A stretch of 64,000 nt of DNA, taken from assembly GCA_964596595.1 (NCBI GenBank), contig CAZQUI010000001.1:15817-79816 (forward strand). Direction: 5' to 3'. The notes beneath the pieces were generated by a model. The model saw nothing but the letters and a program-made list of their open reading frames with translations. It did no database searches and had not been told where the DNA came from. Within the stretch, counting starts at the first letter, position 1. Each line of letters starts with the position of its first letter. Position numbers and translations under genes: made by a program. Shown here piece after piece: positions 40,779 to 48,741 of this stretch. This DNA comes from an uncultured Candidatus Saccharibacteria bacterium. Lineage in GTDB: Bacteria; Patescibacteriota; Minisyncoccia; Phycocordibacterales; PALSA-1337.

Positions 40779-40854
40779 GCGCCCTTAGCTCAGTTGGTAG
40801 AGCAACCCGTTTACACCGGGTAGGTCCAAGGTTCGAGTCCTTGAGGGCGCACCA
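40779..40854 (+). tRNA. tRNA-Val(TAC)
   Basis: Canonical cloverleaf, ACCCG-TTTACAC-CGGGT, encoded CCA. Confidence 0.96.
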
Positions 40855-40875
40855 ACTTATTTTTATATTTAACTG

Positions 40876-40947
40876 TGCCCTCGGTTGGAATCGAACCAAC
40901 ATTGACGGCTTAGAAGTCCGCAGTACTATCCATTGAAATACGAGGGC
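40876..40947 (-). tRNA. tRNA-Arg(TCT), with mismatched D and anticodon stems
   Basis: GCCCTCG/CGAGGGC acceptor and T arm intact; D stem TTTC/GTAC, anticodon stem GCGGA/GCCGT. Confidence 0.75.
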
Positions 40948-41111
40948 AAAAACACAAAATTAAAAATCCAGACCTATACATGCAGGAAACATCAAAGTTC
41001 AAAAAGGATCATACAACAAAAAGACTATCATACAGATAGGTAATCTCAAACCTGTAATTTTCCCTACTTGATATTTCTTGCATGTGCAGACATGGATTTT
41101 TTGTTTTTGAT

Positions 41112-41453
41112 CTACTTTGCTGGGTCGCCGAAACCACCATAACCTTTTAATAAAATATCCCTTTCAGCAGAACGAACCTTGTACCTATCAATTATAATGC
41201 TTAAATTTTTTTCATTTACTGTCTCAGGCTTTTTGGCAGTATTCAAAGTAGAAGCATTTATCAAACGAGATTCAATATTTACATACACATAAACTCCCCA
41301 AGCAACAAACAAAACAACCATAACCATAGTTACAATAAACATGATTCCCCAATCAAAATAATGATCTCTACCAAGACGGTGAAGCGTCGTGCCTTGTAAT
41401 TTTGGCACAATCGATGATTGTTTTTTATTTTTATTTAAAAAATTAAAATTCAT
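41112..41453 (-). CDS. Single-TM protein at end of pilMNO-like operon
   Basis: One TM; operon position. Confidence 0.65.
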   Translation of the reverse strand: MNFNFLNKNKKQSSIVPKLQGTTLHRLGRDHYFDWGIMFIVTMVMVVLFVAWGVYVYVNIESRLINASTLNTAKKPETVNEKNLSIIIDRYKVRSAERDILLKGYGGFGDPAK

Positions 41454-41454
41454 G

Positions 41455-42015
41455 TTATTTGTTTGAAGATGACATCGGCTCAGATAATACAACCTCAACA
41501 ACAAAAGAGGCTTTCCAATTATAAGAACCACTTGTTCCTGTCTGCAAAGACAGACGAGTTTGACTTACAGAAACAGCATAAGGAAAGTTTTCAGCCAACG
41601 AAAGAGCCCTCATTACAGAAATCCAAGATCCGATAATTTCAACATTGGCCCGAGCCAAACCATGTTTACCATCTTCTGAATCCTTAGCATCAACAGTATC
41701 TATATTCAAAGTCACCTTACTCCCCGTTTGAGGTCCTAAAGCCTCTATCGCCTCAATAAAATCAACAACTCTATCTGCTGGAATAAAAAAGTTTACCAAT
41801 GAATCACGGTCGTTTTTTGTCCTATCATAAAGTGCTCTGACGTCACTCTCACGATCTTTGTTTGCTTTTTCTAGAGAAACAATATCGCGAGCATTAGCTG
41901 CACGAACAATAGAAAAACGAACAACGTAATACATGTAACCGTAAACAACACCGACTAACATTGTTACGGAAATCGCTAAGACCAAAAGAAATGTGTGATG
42001 ATGAAATCGCTTCAT
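41455..42015 (-). CDS. PilO-like protein
   Basis: TM, coiled coil, ferredoxin-like G.W..V...L...E..P; follows pilM/pilN. Confidence 0.6.
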   Translation of the reverse strand: MKRFHHHTFLLVLAISVTMLVGVVYGYMYYVVRFSIVRAANARDIVSLEKANKDRESDVRALYDRTKNDRDSLVNFFIPADRVVDFIEAIEALGPQTGSKVTLNIDTVDAKDSEDGKHGLARANVEIIGSWISVMRALSLAENFPYAVSVSQTRLSLQTGTSGSYNWKASFVVEVVLSEPMSSSNK

Positions 42016-42554
42016 GGAAATGTTTGGGTAATTCTCATAGAGAATTGGATATCTTTACTCTTTGCCAAATCTGACACAGGTAATTCTACCCCACCACCGG
42101 GAACCAATTCCTCTAATCGTTTCTTAAAGGACAAAAGAGTATCTCTGTTAGGAGCAATCCCTTGAATAATAATTGAGAGCGAATCTTTTACAGGAGTATC
42201 TACTGAAATTGAATGTAATTTAATCGGACCCCGAACACCAACTATACTCTGAATGGTATTTGATGGTTGTGGAATTTTTCTTTCCTGAGAAAGAATCTTG
42301 ATAAGTTCATTATTTTTTTGAAATTCTAATTCCAACTTAACAACTCCCCCATCATTTTCTGATTTCTTAATCATTTTCAAAGTTTCAAGCTGTGTCTTTT
42401 CTTCATTTAAAGCAAATAAAAATGAAGGAAATAATGCTGCTGCACCTATAAGGCCCGCAACAGATAACAGAAAGCAAAAAATTATTACAGCTCGAATACG
42501 ATACTCGCGACGAAGAATATTTCTCTCTTTTAATGGTAAAAGTGTATGCTGCAT
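42012..42554 (-). CDS. PilN-like protein
   Basis: LLP N-terminal motif, TM, I.G.A..R..L..F...L. Confidence 0.65.
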   Translation of the reverse strand: MQHTLLPLKERNILRREYRIRAVIIFCFLLSVAGLIGAAALFPSFLFALNEEKTQLETLKMIKKSENDGGVVKLELEFQKNNELIKILSQERKIPQPSNTIQSIVGVRGPIKLHSISVDTPVKDSLSIIIQGIAPNRDTLLSFKKRLEELVPGGGVELPVSDLAKSKDIQFSMRITQTFP

Positions 42555-42556
42555 AT

Positions 42557-43540
42557 TTATGAATCTAAAGCTAAACCTGCCGCCACTATATATTCAAGCG
42601 AATCATCTTTTGAAATTGGAGGCAAATATTTATTCAAATCAAGCGTATTCTGCCAAGCATTCGCTACTGTTACAGGAACGGAAGCACCTTGTATGCAGCC
42701 GTTTAACGGCATCTCATAAGTAGCTGAGCCACTCCCGATCAATAAAACTTGGCTGACCAATGAACTATTACCTTCGCGTGATTCCCAATAAGAATAGACT
42801 CTGTTGACTTCTTTTGATAAAAGTTCAACATACGTTGGTTTACCAACTTCTTCTGGTGTACGGCTACCCCAACTAATCGTTGAAGTAAAACAAACCACTC
42901 CACCCGAAACAACATATATACCTGTCTTAAAATTCATGACATGTAAAACAATTACTGTCTTATCTAAATCCGGAGGAACAACAGCTCGAGCAACAGCTTT
43001 TGGTACAACTTCAAAAGCCACCGGAAAAAGCTCCGCTTGAGAAATAAGTTCCATAAATTTTTCTATATACGTTCGAGGAACAACAGAAACACTAGCCTTT
43101 AACGATCCGGCGGTGACGGACAAAGGCATTAAATCATAATAAAATACAGCATCCGGGGCGGCCAAGGGAACATTTTCTTCTAATTTAAATTCAATATTTT
43201 GACGAATCTCATTTATAGTACTACCAGAAATATCTGTTTGAAACAGGTAGGCTTTTTCTTCGGGTACAGAAACTTTTACATAAGAAAGACCATTTTTCTT
43301 TCCGATACTCCTGAGCAAATCTATAAATTTTTTTTCATCTTTAATGTCCCCTCCTTGAATTATGTTTTCCAATATTTCATTTTTAGAGAATTTACTGATG
43401 GTATTTTTTCCACCATGATAGGCGGAAGATCCACTATATTCAAGACAATAAATAGCGTCATCAGAAACGTCCAGACCTGAGTGTTTCATTGCTAAAAATT
43501 TTGGTGGTGGAAAAAGTCTAAAGAACGCAGAGGTGTGCAT
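42557..43540 (-). CDS. pilM: Type IV pilus assembly protein PilM
   Basis: GLDVSD actin-like fold, E..VP, L.GSG, .AAGLAL end. Confidence 0.8.
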   Translation of the reverse strand: MHTSAFFRLFPPPKFLAMKHSGLDVSDDAIYCLEYSGSSAYHGGKNTISKFSKNEILENIIQGGDIKDEKKFIDLLRSIGKKNGLSYVKVSVPEEKAYLFQTDISGSTINEIRQNIEFKLEENVPLAAPDAVFYYDLMPLSVTAGSLKASVSVVPRTYIEKFMELISQAELFPVAFEVVPKAVARAVVPPDLDKTVIVLHVMNFKTGIYVVSGGVVCFTSTISWGSRTPEEVGKPTYVELLSKEVNRVYSYWESREGNSSLVSQVLLIGSGSATYEMPLNGCIQGASVPVTVANAWQNTLDLNKYLPPISKDDSLEYIVAAGLALDS

Positions 43541-43547
43541 GCCTTTA

Positions 43548-44159
43548 TTATAGCAAATTTCTATTTTTCCATATTTCTCTTATAGCTGGACTAGCCGAAA
43601 CTAAAATAATCACAACAACTACTGGTATTACATATTTATCTGGATTTGGAATTAATGAACCTAAACCAAAACCTAACCACAACATTCCCCACGTCCAAAT
43701 AAAACCACCGATAACATTAAAAATTAAAAAGGTTCGATAATTCATATTACCTATTCCCGCAACAATAGGAGCAAACGTTCTGATTATCGGCATAAACCGT
43801 GCTAAGATGATGGTTTTTTTGCCATGTTTTTCATAAAAATACTGTGCTCTTTCGATGTGTTTTTTGTTAAAAAAAACTGAATCTTCTTTTTTAAAAAGAG
43901 ACGGACCAATCTTTTTTCCAAAAGCATAACCAATACTATCCCCCACTACAGCCGCAATAAAAGTTCCGACTAATAACCATGGTAAAGAAACATACCCTTG
44001 TGACGCAAAAAATCCAGCGGTAAATAACAAAGAATCTCCTGGCAAAAAGAACCCGAAGAACAAACCAGTTTCAGCAAAGATAATCGCAATCACTCCCAAG
44101 GTTCCAACGATTGGTATTATAATTCTCGGATCTAAAAGTGTATGAATAAATTCAATCAT
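43548..44159 (-). CDS. DedA family protein
   Basis: FAETGLFFGFFLPGDSLLF, ARF.PIIRTFAP. Confidence 0.95.
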   Translation of the reverse strand: MIEFIHTLLDPRIIIPIVGTLGVIAIIFAETGLFFGFFLPGDSLLFTAGFFASQGYVSLPWLLVGTFIAAVVGDSIGYAFGKKIGPSLFKKEDSVFFNKKHIERAQYFYEKHGKKTIILARFMPIIRTFAPIVAGIGNMNYRTFLIFNVIGGFIWTWGMLWLGFGLGSLIPNPDKYVIPVVVVIILVSASPAIREIWKNRNLL

Positions 44160-44168
44160 TTTTTAAAA

Positions 44169-44540
44169 TTAAGCAGCCAGTGACCCTGGAGTAATCGATG
44201 AATTTGGCTCTAGTAATGAAAACCCTCCATTTGTTCCAGATACCGCAAATATCATTCCCTGACTTTCATAACCTTTGATTGTTCTTGGTTCTAAATTAGT
44301 TACAAACATACATGTTTTACCAACTAATACCGCTGGGTCAGGAAAATAAAGAGCAATACCAGAAACTATTTGTCGAGGTTTTTCAATAAAAGATTTTGTC
44401 CCATCTTCACCCACAACTTCATTTTTTTCTCCAAAATCAACTACCAATTTTAAGAGTTTGTCAGTATCAGGTATTTTATCAGCTGAAATTATTTTACCCG
44501 CCCGAACTTCTATTTTTTTAAATTCATCGTAAGAAATCAT
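44169..44540 (-). CDS. Stand-alone tRNA-binding OB protein (MetRS C-terminal/Trbp111/CsaA-like)
   Basis: ISYDEF.K.E.R.G, DKLL, RQIVSGI, NLEPR...G.ESQGM. Confidence 0.9.
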   Translation of the reverse strand: MISYDEFKKIEVRAGKIISADKIPDTDKLLKLVVDFGEKNEVVGEDGTKSFIEKPRQIVSGIALYFPDPAVLVGKTCMFVTNLEPRTIKGYESQGMIFAVSGTNGGFSLLEPNSSITPGSLAA

Positions 44541-44554
44541 GAGTATAGTATACG

Positions 44555-44929
44555 TTATTTTTTATCTAAATAGCTCTGTAAAATGAGTGCTGCAGCCGAA
44601 GCGTCTGTTAATTCTGTTTTACCCTGAAACCTTTCTGCCTGCACACTGGTCATAAACTCTGGTTCCCAATGAACTGTAAATCCAACTTTTTCTAATTGCG
44701 ATTTCAGTTCTGTCGCTGCGGGCAAGATAGCATTAGCCTGACCTTTATAATCTTTTGACTCACCTATCACAATCTCTTTTACTTCATTTAATTTTGCGAT
44801 TGATTTTATTTCATCTAACAAATCTTTGTTATTTGGAATTACTGAAACAGGAAAAGCAAACTTTGCTTCTTCGTCAGAAACAGCAATACCTACCCGTTTG
44901 GTTCCATAATCTATGCCCAAAAGTTTCAT
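44555..44929 (-). CDS. ruvX: YqgF/RuvX family nuclease
   Basis: LGIDYGTKRVGIAVSD, E..TS, D..AA.LILQ.YLD. Confidence 0.92.
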   Translation of the reverse strand: MKLLGIDYGTKRVGIAVSDEEAKFAFPVSVIPNNKDLLDEIKSIAKLNEVKEIVIGESKDYKGQANAILPAATELKSQLEKVGFTVHWEPEFMTSVQAERFQGKTELTDASAAALILQSYLDKK

Positions 44930-44955
44930 AATGTATAAAATCGTTAGCGGATCTT

Positions 44956-44994
44956 GTCCGCCGTAGCTCGCCGCTTTAGCGAGCGAAGGCGGAC
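44956..44994. repeat. REP-like palindrome CCGTAGC...GCG(A/T)AGG (also 33760-33806 and 46813-46844)
   Basis: GTCCGCCGTAGCTCGC...GCGAGCGAAGGCGGAC; the same internal loop recurs in three hairpins. Confidence 0.7.
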
Positions 44995-45076
44995 GGGGTG
45001 AGATTCGAACTCACGGTCCCCTTGCGAGGACGACAGTTTTCAAGACTGTTGCCTTAAACCGCTCAGCCACCCGTCC
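44990..45076 (-). tRNA. tRNA-Ser(TGA)
   Basis: GGACGGG/CCCGTCC acceptor, ACAGT-CTTGAAA-ACTGT, long variable arm, G73. Confidence 0.95.
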
Positions 45077-45148
45077 CTGTAATAAGCCATCATGTCACAT
45101 GTTCACAGTTTTTTCAATTATTTTACCTAACGGTGTTATAATAACATT

Positions 45149-45613
45149 ATGGCTCTTGAAGCTCTAATTACCTGGGAAGCACCAACTCACGTTCATGTCG
45201 AGAAAAAAACCGACTGGTATTGGGCTGTGGGCATTATCACTTTATCCCTCGCAACCGTATCTTTTATGTTCGGTGAAGTAATCACGGGAGTATTCATAGT
45301 AGTTGCAGCTGTTGCTTTAGTGTTACATGCTTCCCATCCACCCCATGTTATAAAATATGAAATAAATGATCGTGGATTAGTTGTCGGAGATACACTCTAT
45401 CCATTTCTTACTCTTGATTCTTTTTTCATTCCACACGATCGAATTCCACCGAGACTCATCATCAAATCTCGTAAAGTGTTAATGCCTCTTATTATCATCT
45501 ACATCGATGAAGTTGATCCAGATGAGGTGCGCGAAGTTATGCTCAAATACATTGCAGAGACCGAACACCGTGAACCATTTTTGACTCAAATCTTAGAACG
45601 ATTTGGCTTCTAA
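45149..45613 (+). CDS. Hypothetical membrane protein
   Basis: W.A.....K..DWYW motif, 2 TM, soluble C-terminus. Confidence 0.8.
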   Translation: MALEALITWEAPTHVHVEKKTDWYWAVGIITLSLATVSFMFGEVITGVFIVVAAVALVLHASHPPHVIKYEINDRGLVVGDTLYPFLTLDSFFIPHDRIPPRLIIKSRKVLMPLIIIYIDEVDPDEVREVMLKYIAETEHREPFLTQILERFGF

Positions 45614-45748
45614 TTTCTCTTTTTTCTTTCTTTAGAAATGAAATTGACAACTTTTTTTTCGTATAGTAATTTCAAAATAGAAACTGCATAGGACGCAGGT
45701 ATTGAGAACACTCATGTTTTCAATAAAAATCCAAAACGGGAGAAAAAG

Positions 45749-45994
45749 ATGAAAAATCCATTCTATTTTTTATGGAAACTATGGGACCAAACCGACGAAT
45801 GGCTCTGTATCAATTTACCTTGCCCTCTTCGAGTATGGTGGGCACGGTTATGGATCCGAAAGGAAGAATTCCATGCATCTCTTGATTTTGACTCGCAATA
45901 TGCTTGTAGTCTATCCCGAGAACAAATAGAGGCTTATAGACGAGATTTAGCGCGCCGTCGATATGTAGCTCACGAGCGTACTCTGGATAGTTAA
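45749..45994 (+). CDS. Hypothetical Trp/Arg-rich protein
   Basis: TTGACA promoter and GGAG upstream, terminator at about 46004-46040. Confidence 0.6.
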   Translation: MKNPFYFLWKLWDQTDEWLCINLPCPLRVWWARLWIRKEEFHASLDFDSQYACSLSREQIEAYRRDLARRRYVAHERTLDS

Positions 45995-46050
45995 GATACT
46001 TACAACCGCTATGCCTTTGGCCCCTGGCGGTTTTTTATTTTTCCAGTAAG

Positions 46051-46372
46051 GGTGCCCTCGGTAGGAATCTCGCCTTACAGACGCAGTACAGTCTTCGCGC
46101 CGTACTCGCTCCGCTCCGTGCGGCATACTCAGACTTTTCGATTCCTACACGCACGGCGTGTAGGCGCCGTGCTCTCGGTCACACAACTCACTTCGTTCGT
46201 TTGGTGCCCTCGGTAGGAATCGGTCACCAGTCCTCGCCTGCTGGCTCGGCTGTCGACCCCGCCTCCTTCGCCTTCGCTCAGTCCGGCTTTCGATTCCCAC
46301 CGACACTCCCAGCAAATAAAAAATACCGAGCAGAATTCGGTATTTTTTATTCGGGTGCCCTCGGTAGGAATC
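46051..46372 (-). repeat. Three direct copies of the tRNA-Arg 3' end separated by structured spacers
   Basis: GGTGCCCTCGGTAGGAATC at 46051-46069, 46203-46221, 46354-46372 (period 152/151). Confidence 0.92.
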
Positions 46373-46427
46373 GAACCTACATTGCAGGATCCGCAATCCT
46401 GCGTCCTATCCATTGAACGACGAGGGC
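46356..46427 (-). tRNA. tRNA-Arg(GCG)
   Basis: GCCCTCG/CGAGGGC acceptor, CAGGA-TTGCGGA-TCCTG, GTAGG-TTCGATT-CCTAC. Confidence 0.93.
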
Positions 46428-46500
46428 AAAGTACACAATCAAAGATAGATTACATTCCAAGAATACCACGGAAAATACGTGGTTCAAATCTTTTTGATCT

Positions 46501-46767
46501 TTAATTTTTAATCTTACTCAAAGCTGCCATTGCACGAGATTTGGTGCGGGCTGATGCATTGGCTTTGATGTAACCAGTTTTAACAGCTTTATCGAGCACT
46601 TGATAGAGAGAAGGAATAAGCTTTTCGGCTTCTCCAGCGTTTTTGGCTGCAATCAGCTTACGAAATTCCTTCATTTTCTTATCAATATCATTTTTACGAC
46701 GAAGATTGAAAATGCGCTTCTTTTTTGATGCGCGAAGTGCTTTTTTAGCGGATGAGGTAATTGCCAT
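46501..46767 (-). CDS. rpsT: 30S ribosomal protein S20
   Basis: SAKKA.R...K...N, LDKA.K.G.I..N..AR.KSR. Confidence 0.95.
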   Translation of the reverse strand: MAITSSAKKALRASKKKRIFNLRRKNDIDKKMKEFRKLIAAKNAGEAEKLIPSLYQVLDKAVKTGYIKANASARTKSRAMAALSKIKN

Positions 46768-46882
46768 ATGTGTAGAAGAAATTAACACATACCCATAAAA
46801 AAGTAAAGCGGCTCACCCTCCGTAGCTTGAGCGTAGGAGGGTGACTTTTTCATTTTCCAATTATTTGCCTTATACTACCCAT

Positions 46883-47461
46883 ATGATTTCCAGGCTACAG
46901 GGACAAATAATAGAATCGGGCAATAATTACGTCGTTATCAATGTTGGTGGCATGGGTTATAAAGCGTTTGTAACCGACGATACACTCCACACTCTCTCTA
47001 CGAAAACCGAGACTTCCCTCTGGACATACCTGGCAGTACGAGAAAATGCCTTAGATCTGTATGGTTTCATTTCTAAAAAAGAAAAAGATTTTTTTGAATT
47101 ATTAATTTCTATTTCCGGTATCGGTCCTAAATCTGCTCTGAATATTCTTACCTTGGTAGATGCAGACACATTAGCGAGTGCTATCCAATCGGGTTCAACT
47201 TCTCATCTGGTAAAAGTCTCTGGCATTGGCAGAAAAACCGCCGAAAAAATCGTCTTGGAACTCAAAGATAAACTCGGAGGAATCAGTCATGATGAGCAAG
47301 GTGAATTTGCTGCAGGGATGTCGAGTGATGCAGACACTATTGCTGCTCTCAAGGCCTTGGGTTATGACAATGATGAAGCACGTGAAGCACTCAAGAAAAT
47401 AGATAAAAATATTACGGACACCGGTGCAAAAGTAAAAGCGGCATTAAAGTTACTGATGTAA
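46883..47461 (+). CDS. ruvA: Holliday junction branch migration protein RuvA
   Basis: MIS.L.G, VRE....LYGF, ISGIGPK.A, GIGRKTAEKIVLELKDK, AL..LGY. Confidence 0.97.
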   Translation: MISRLQGQIIESGNNYVVINVGGMGYKAFVTDDTLHTLSTKTETSLWTYLAVRENALDLYGFISKKEKDFFELLISISGIGPKSALNILTLVDADTLASAIQSGSTSHLVKVSGIGRKTAEKIVLELKDKLGGISHDEQGEFAAGMSSDADTIAALKALGYDNDEAREALKKIDKNITDTGAKVKAALKLLM

Positions 47462-47472
47462 AATAACAAATC

Positions 47473-48741
47473 ATGATCGACAACATCCTAACCAAAATCA
47501 AACGCTACCTTCCAGTAAAGTTCTTCCGCGCCTTGCAACCGATCTATCATTGGTCACTCTCTTTTATGGCAGCTCTGTGGTATCGCTTTCCTTCTCGGAA
47601 GATTAAAATTATCGGTGTTACCGGTACCAAAGGCAAAAGTTCTACCGTAGAAATTTTAAATGCTATTCTCGAAGAAGCCGGGTACCGAACAGCTCTGTCC
47701 AACACCATTCGTTTCAAAGTGAGCAATGAATCTTCGGAAAATAAGTACAAGATGAGTATGCCGGGCAGGTTTTTCGTACAACGTTTTTTACGAAAAGCAG
47801 CAAAAGCCAAATGTGATTATGTAATTCTCGAAATGACGTCTCAAGGAGCACTACTGTACCGTCACAAATTTATAGAGTTGAATGCCATGATCTTTACCAA
47901 TCTCTCTCCTGAACACATAGAAGCACACGGTTCATATGAGAATTACCGCCAATCCAAGCTCAACATTTTTCACAGCCTCAAAAATTCCCACAAACCCAAT
48001 CGTACTATTATTGCCAACAAAGACGATCCAGAAAGTCATATATTCCTCGAATGTGAAGCTGATAGAAAAATAACCTTTAGTGCGGAAGATGCAAAGCCCT
48101 ATGAAATCAAAAAAAGTGGCATCGATTTTACGTACAATAACAAAAAGATTTCCTCCCCTCTTTCAGGCATATTTAATCTCTACAATATTCTCGCAGCCAC
48201 TACAGCAGCAAAATCTCAAGAAGTATCAGACGAAATCATCGTGCGAGCGATCGAGAAATTTAACGGTATACCCGGAAGAGTTCAAAAGATTGAGGTGGGC
48301 CAGGACTTTGGCGTAATCGTTGACTATGCTCATACCACTGACTCACTCGAAAAGCTCTATCAAGTTTTCGAATCAACCAGAAAAATCTGTATCCTCGGTG
48401 GTACTGGTGGCGGAAGAGATACCTGGAAATATGCCGAACTCGGAAAAATCGCTGATGCCTATTGCAATGAAATTATTTTAACCAATGAAGACCCGTACGA
48501 TGATGATCCAAAGAAAATTGTGGAAGCTGTAGCAAAAGGTATCACTAATCAAAGTCCAATGATTATCATGGATCGTCGTGAAGCCATTCGTGAAGCTATT
48601 CATCGTGCCAAAACTGGTGACACCATCATTATTACCGGCAAAGGCACTGATCCGTACATCATGGGACCACAAGGCACAAAACAAGAATGGAGTGATGCTC
48701 GGGTTACAAAAGAAGAATTAGAAAAATTTTTAAACAAATAA
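47473..48741 (+). CDS. murE: MurE-like UDP-MurNAc-tripeptide synthetase
   Basis: GVTGTKGKSS, FTNLSPEH, PGR, VDYAHT, GGGRD, GKG. Confidence 0.9.
   Translation: MIDNILTKIKRYLPVKFFRALQPIYHWSLSFMAALWYRFPSRKIKIIGVTGTKGKSSTVEILNAILEEAGYRTALSNTIRFKVSNESSENKYKMSMPGRFFVQRFLRKAAKAKCDYVILEMTSQGALLYRHKFIELNAMIFTNLSPEHIEAHGSYENYRQSKLNIFHSLKNSHKPNRTIIANKDDPESHIFLECEADRKITFSAEDAKPYEIKKSGIDFTYNNKKISSPLSGIFNLYNILAATTAAKSQEVSDEIIVRAIEKFNGIPGRVQKIEVGQDFGVIVDYAHTTDSLEKLYQVFESTRKICILGGTGGGRDTWKYAELGKIADAYCNEIILTNEDPYDDDPKKIVEAVAKGITNQSPMIIMDRREAIREAIHRAKTGDTIIITGKGTDPYIMGPQGTKQEWSDARVTKEELEKFLNK

Noticed and set aside
40705-40902. N-terminal extension of the RluA ORF
   Set aside because: Overlaps tRNA-Val and tRNA-Arg; ATG 40704 has an adjacent -10 box
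46230-46300. Hammerhead ribozyme in the tRNA-Arg spacer (CTGAG...CGAA)
   Set aside because: No CUGAnGA core with correctly ordered GAAA and stems could be assembled by eye
46051-46372. CRISPR array
   Set aside because: The repeat is the tRNA-Arg 3' end, spacers are ~132 nt and structured, and no cas genes are in the window
46129-46416. Three overlapping ORFs of 71-94 aa
   Set aside because: They overlap tRNA-Arg and GC-rich repeat elements; open frames are explained by stop-poor sequence
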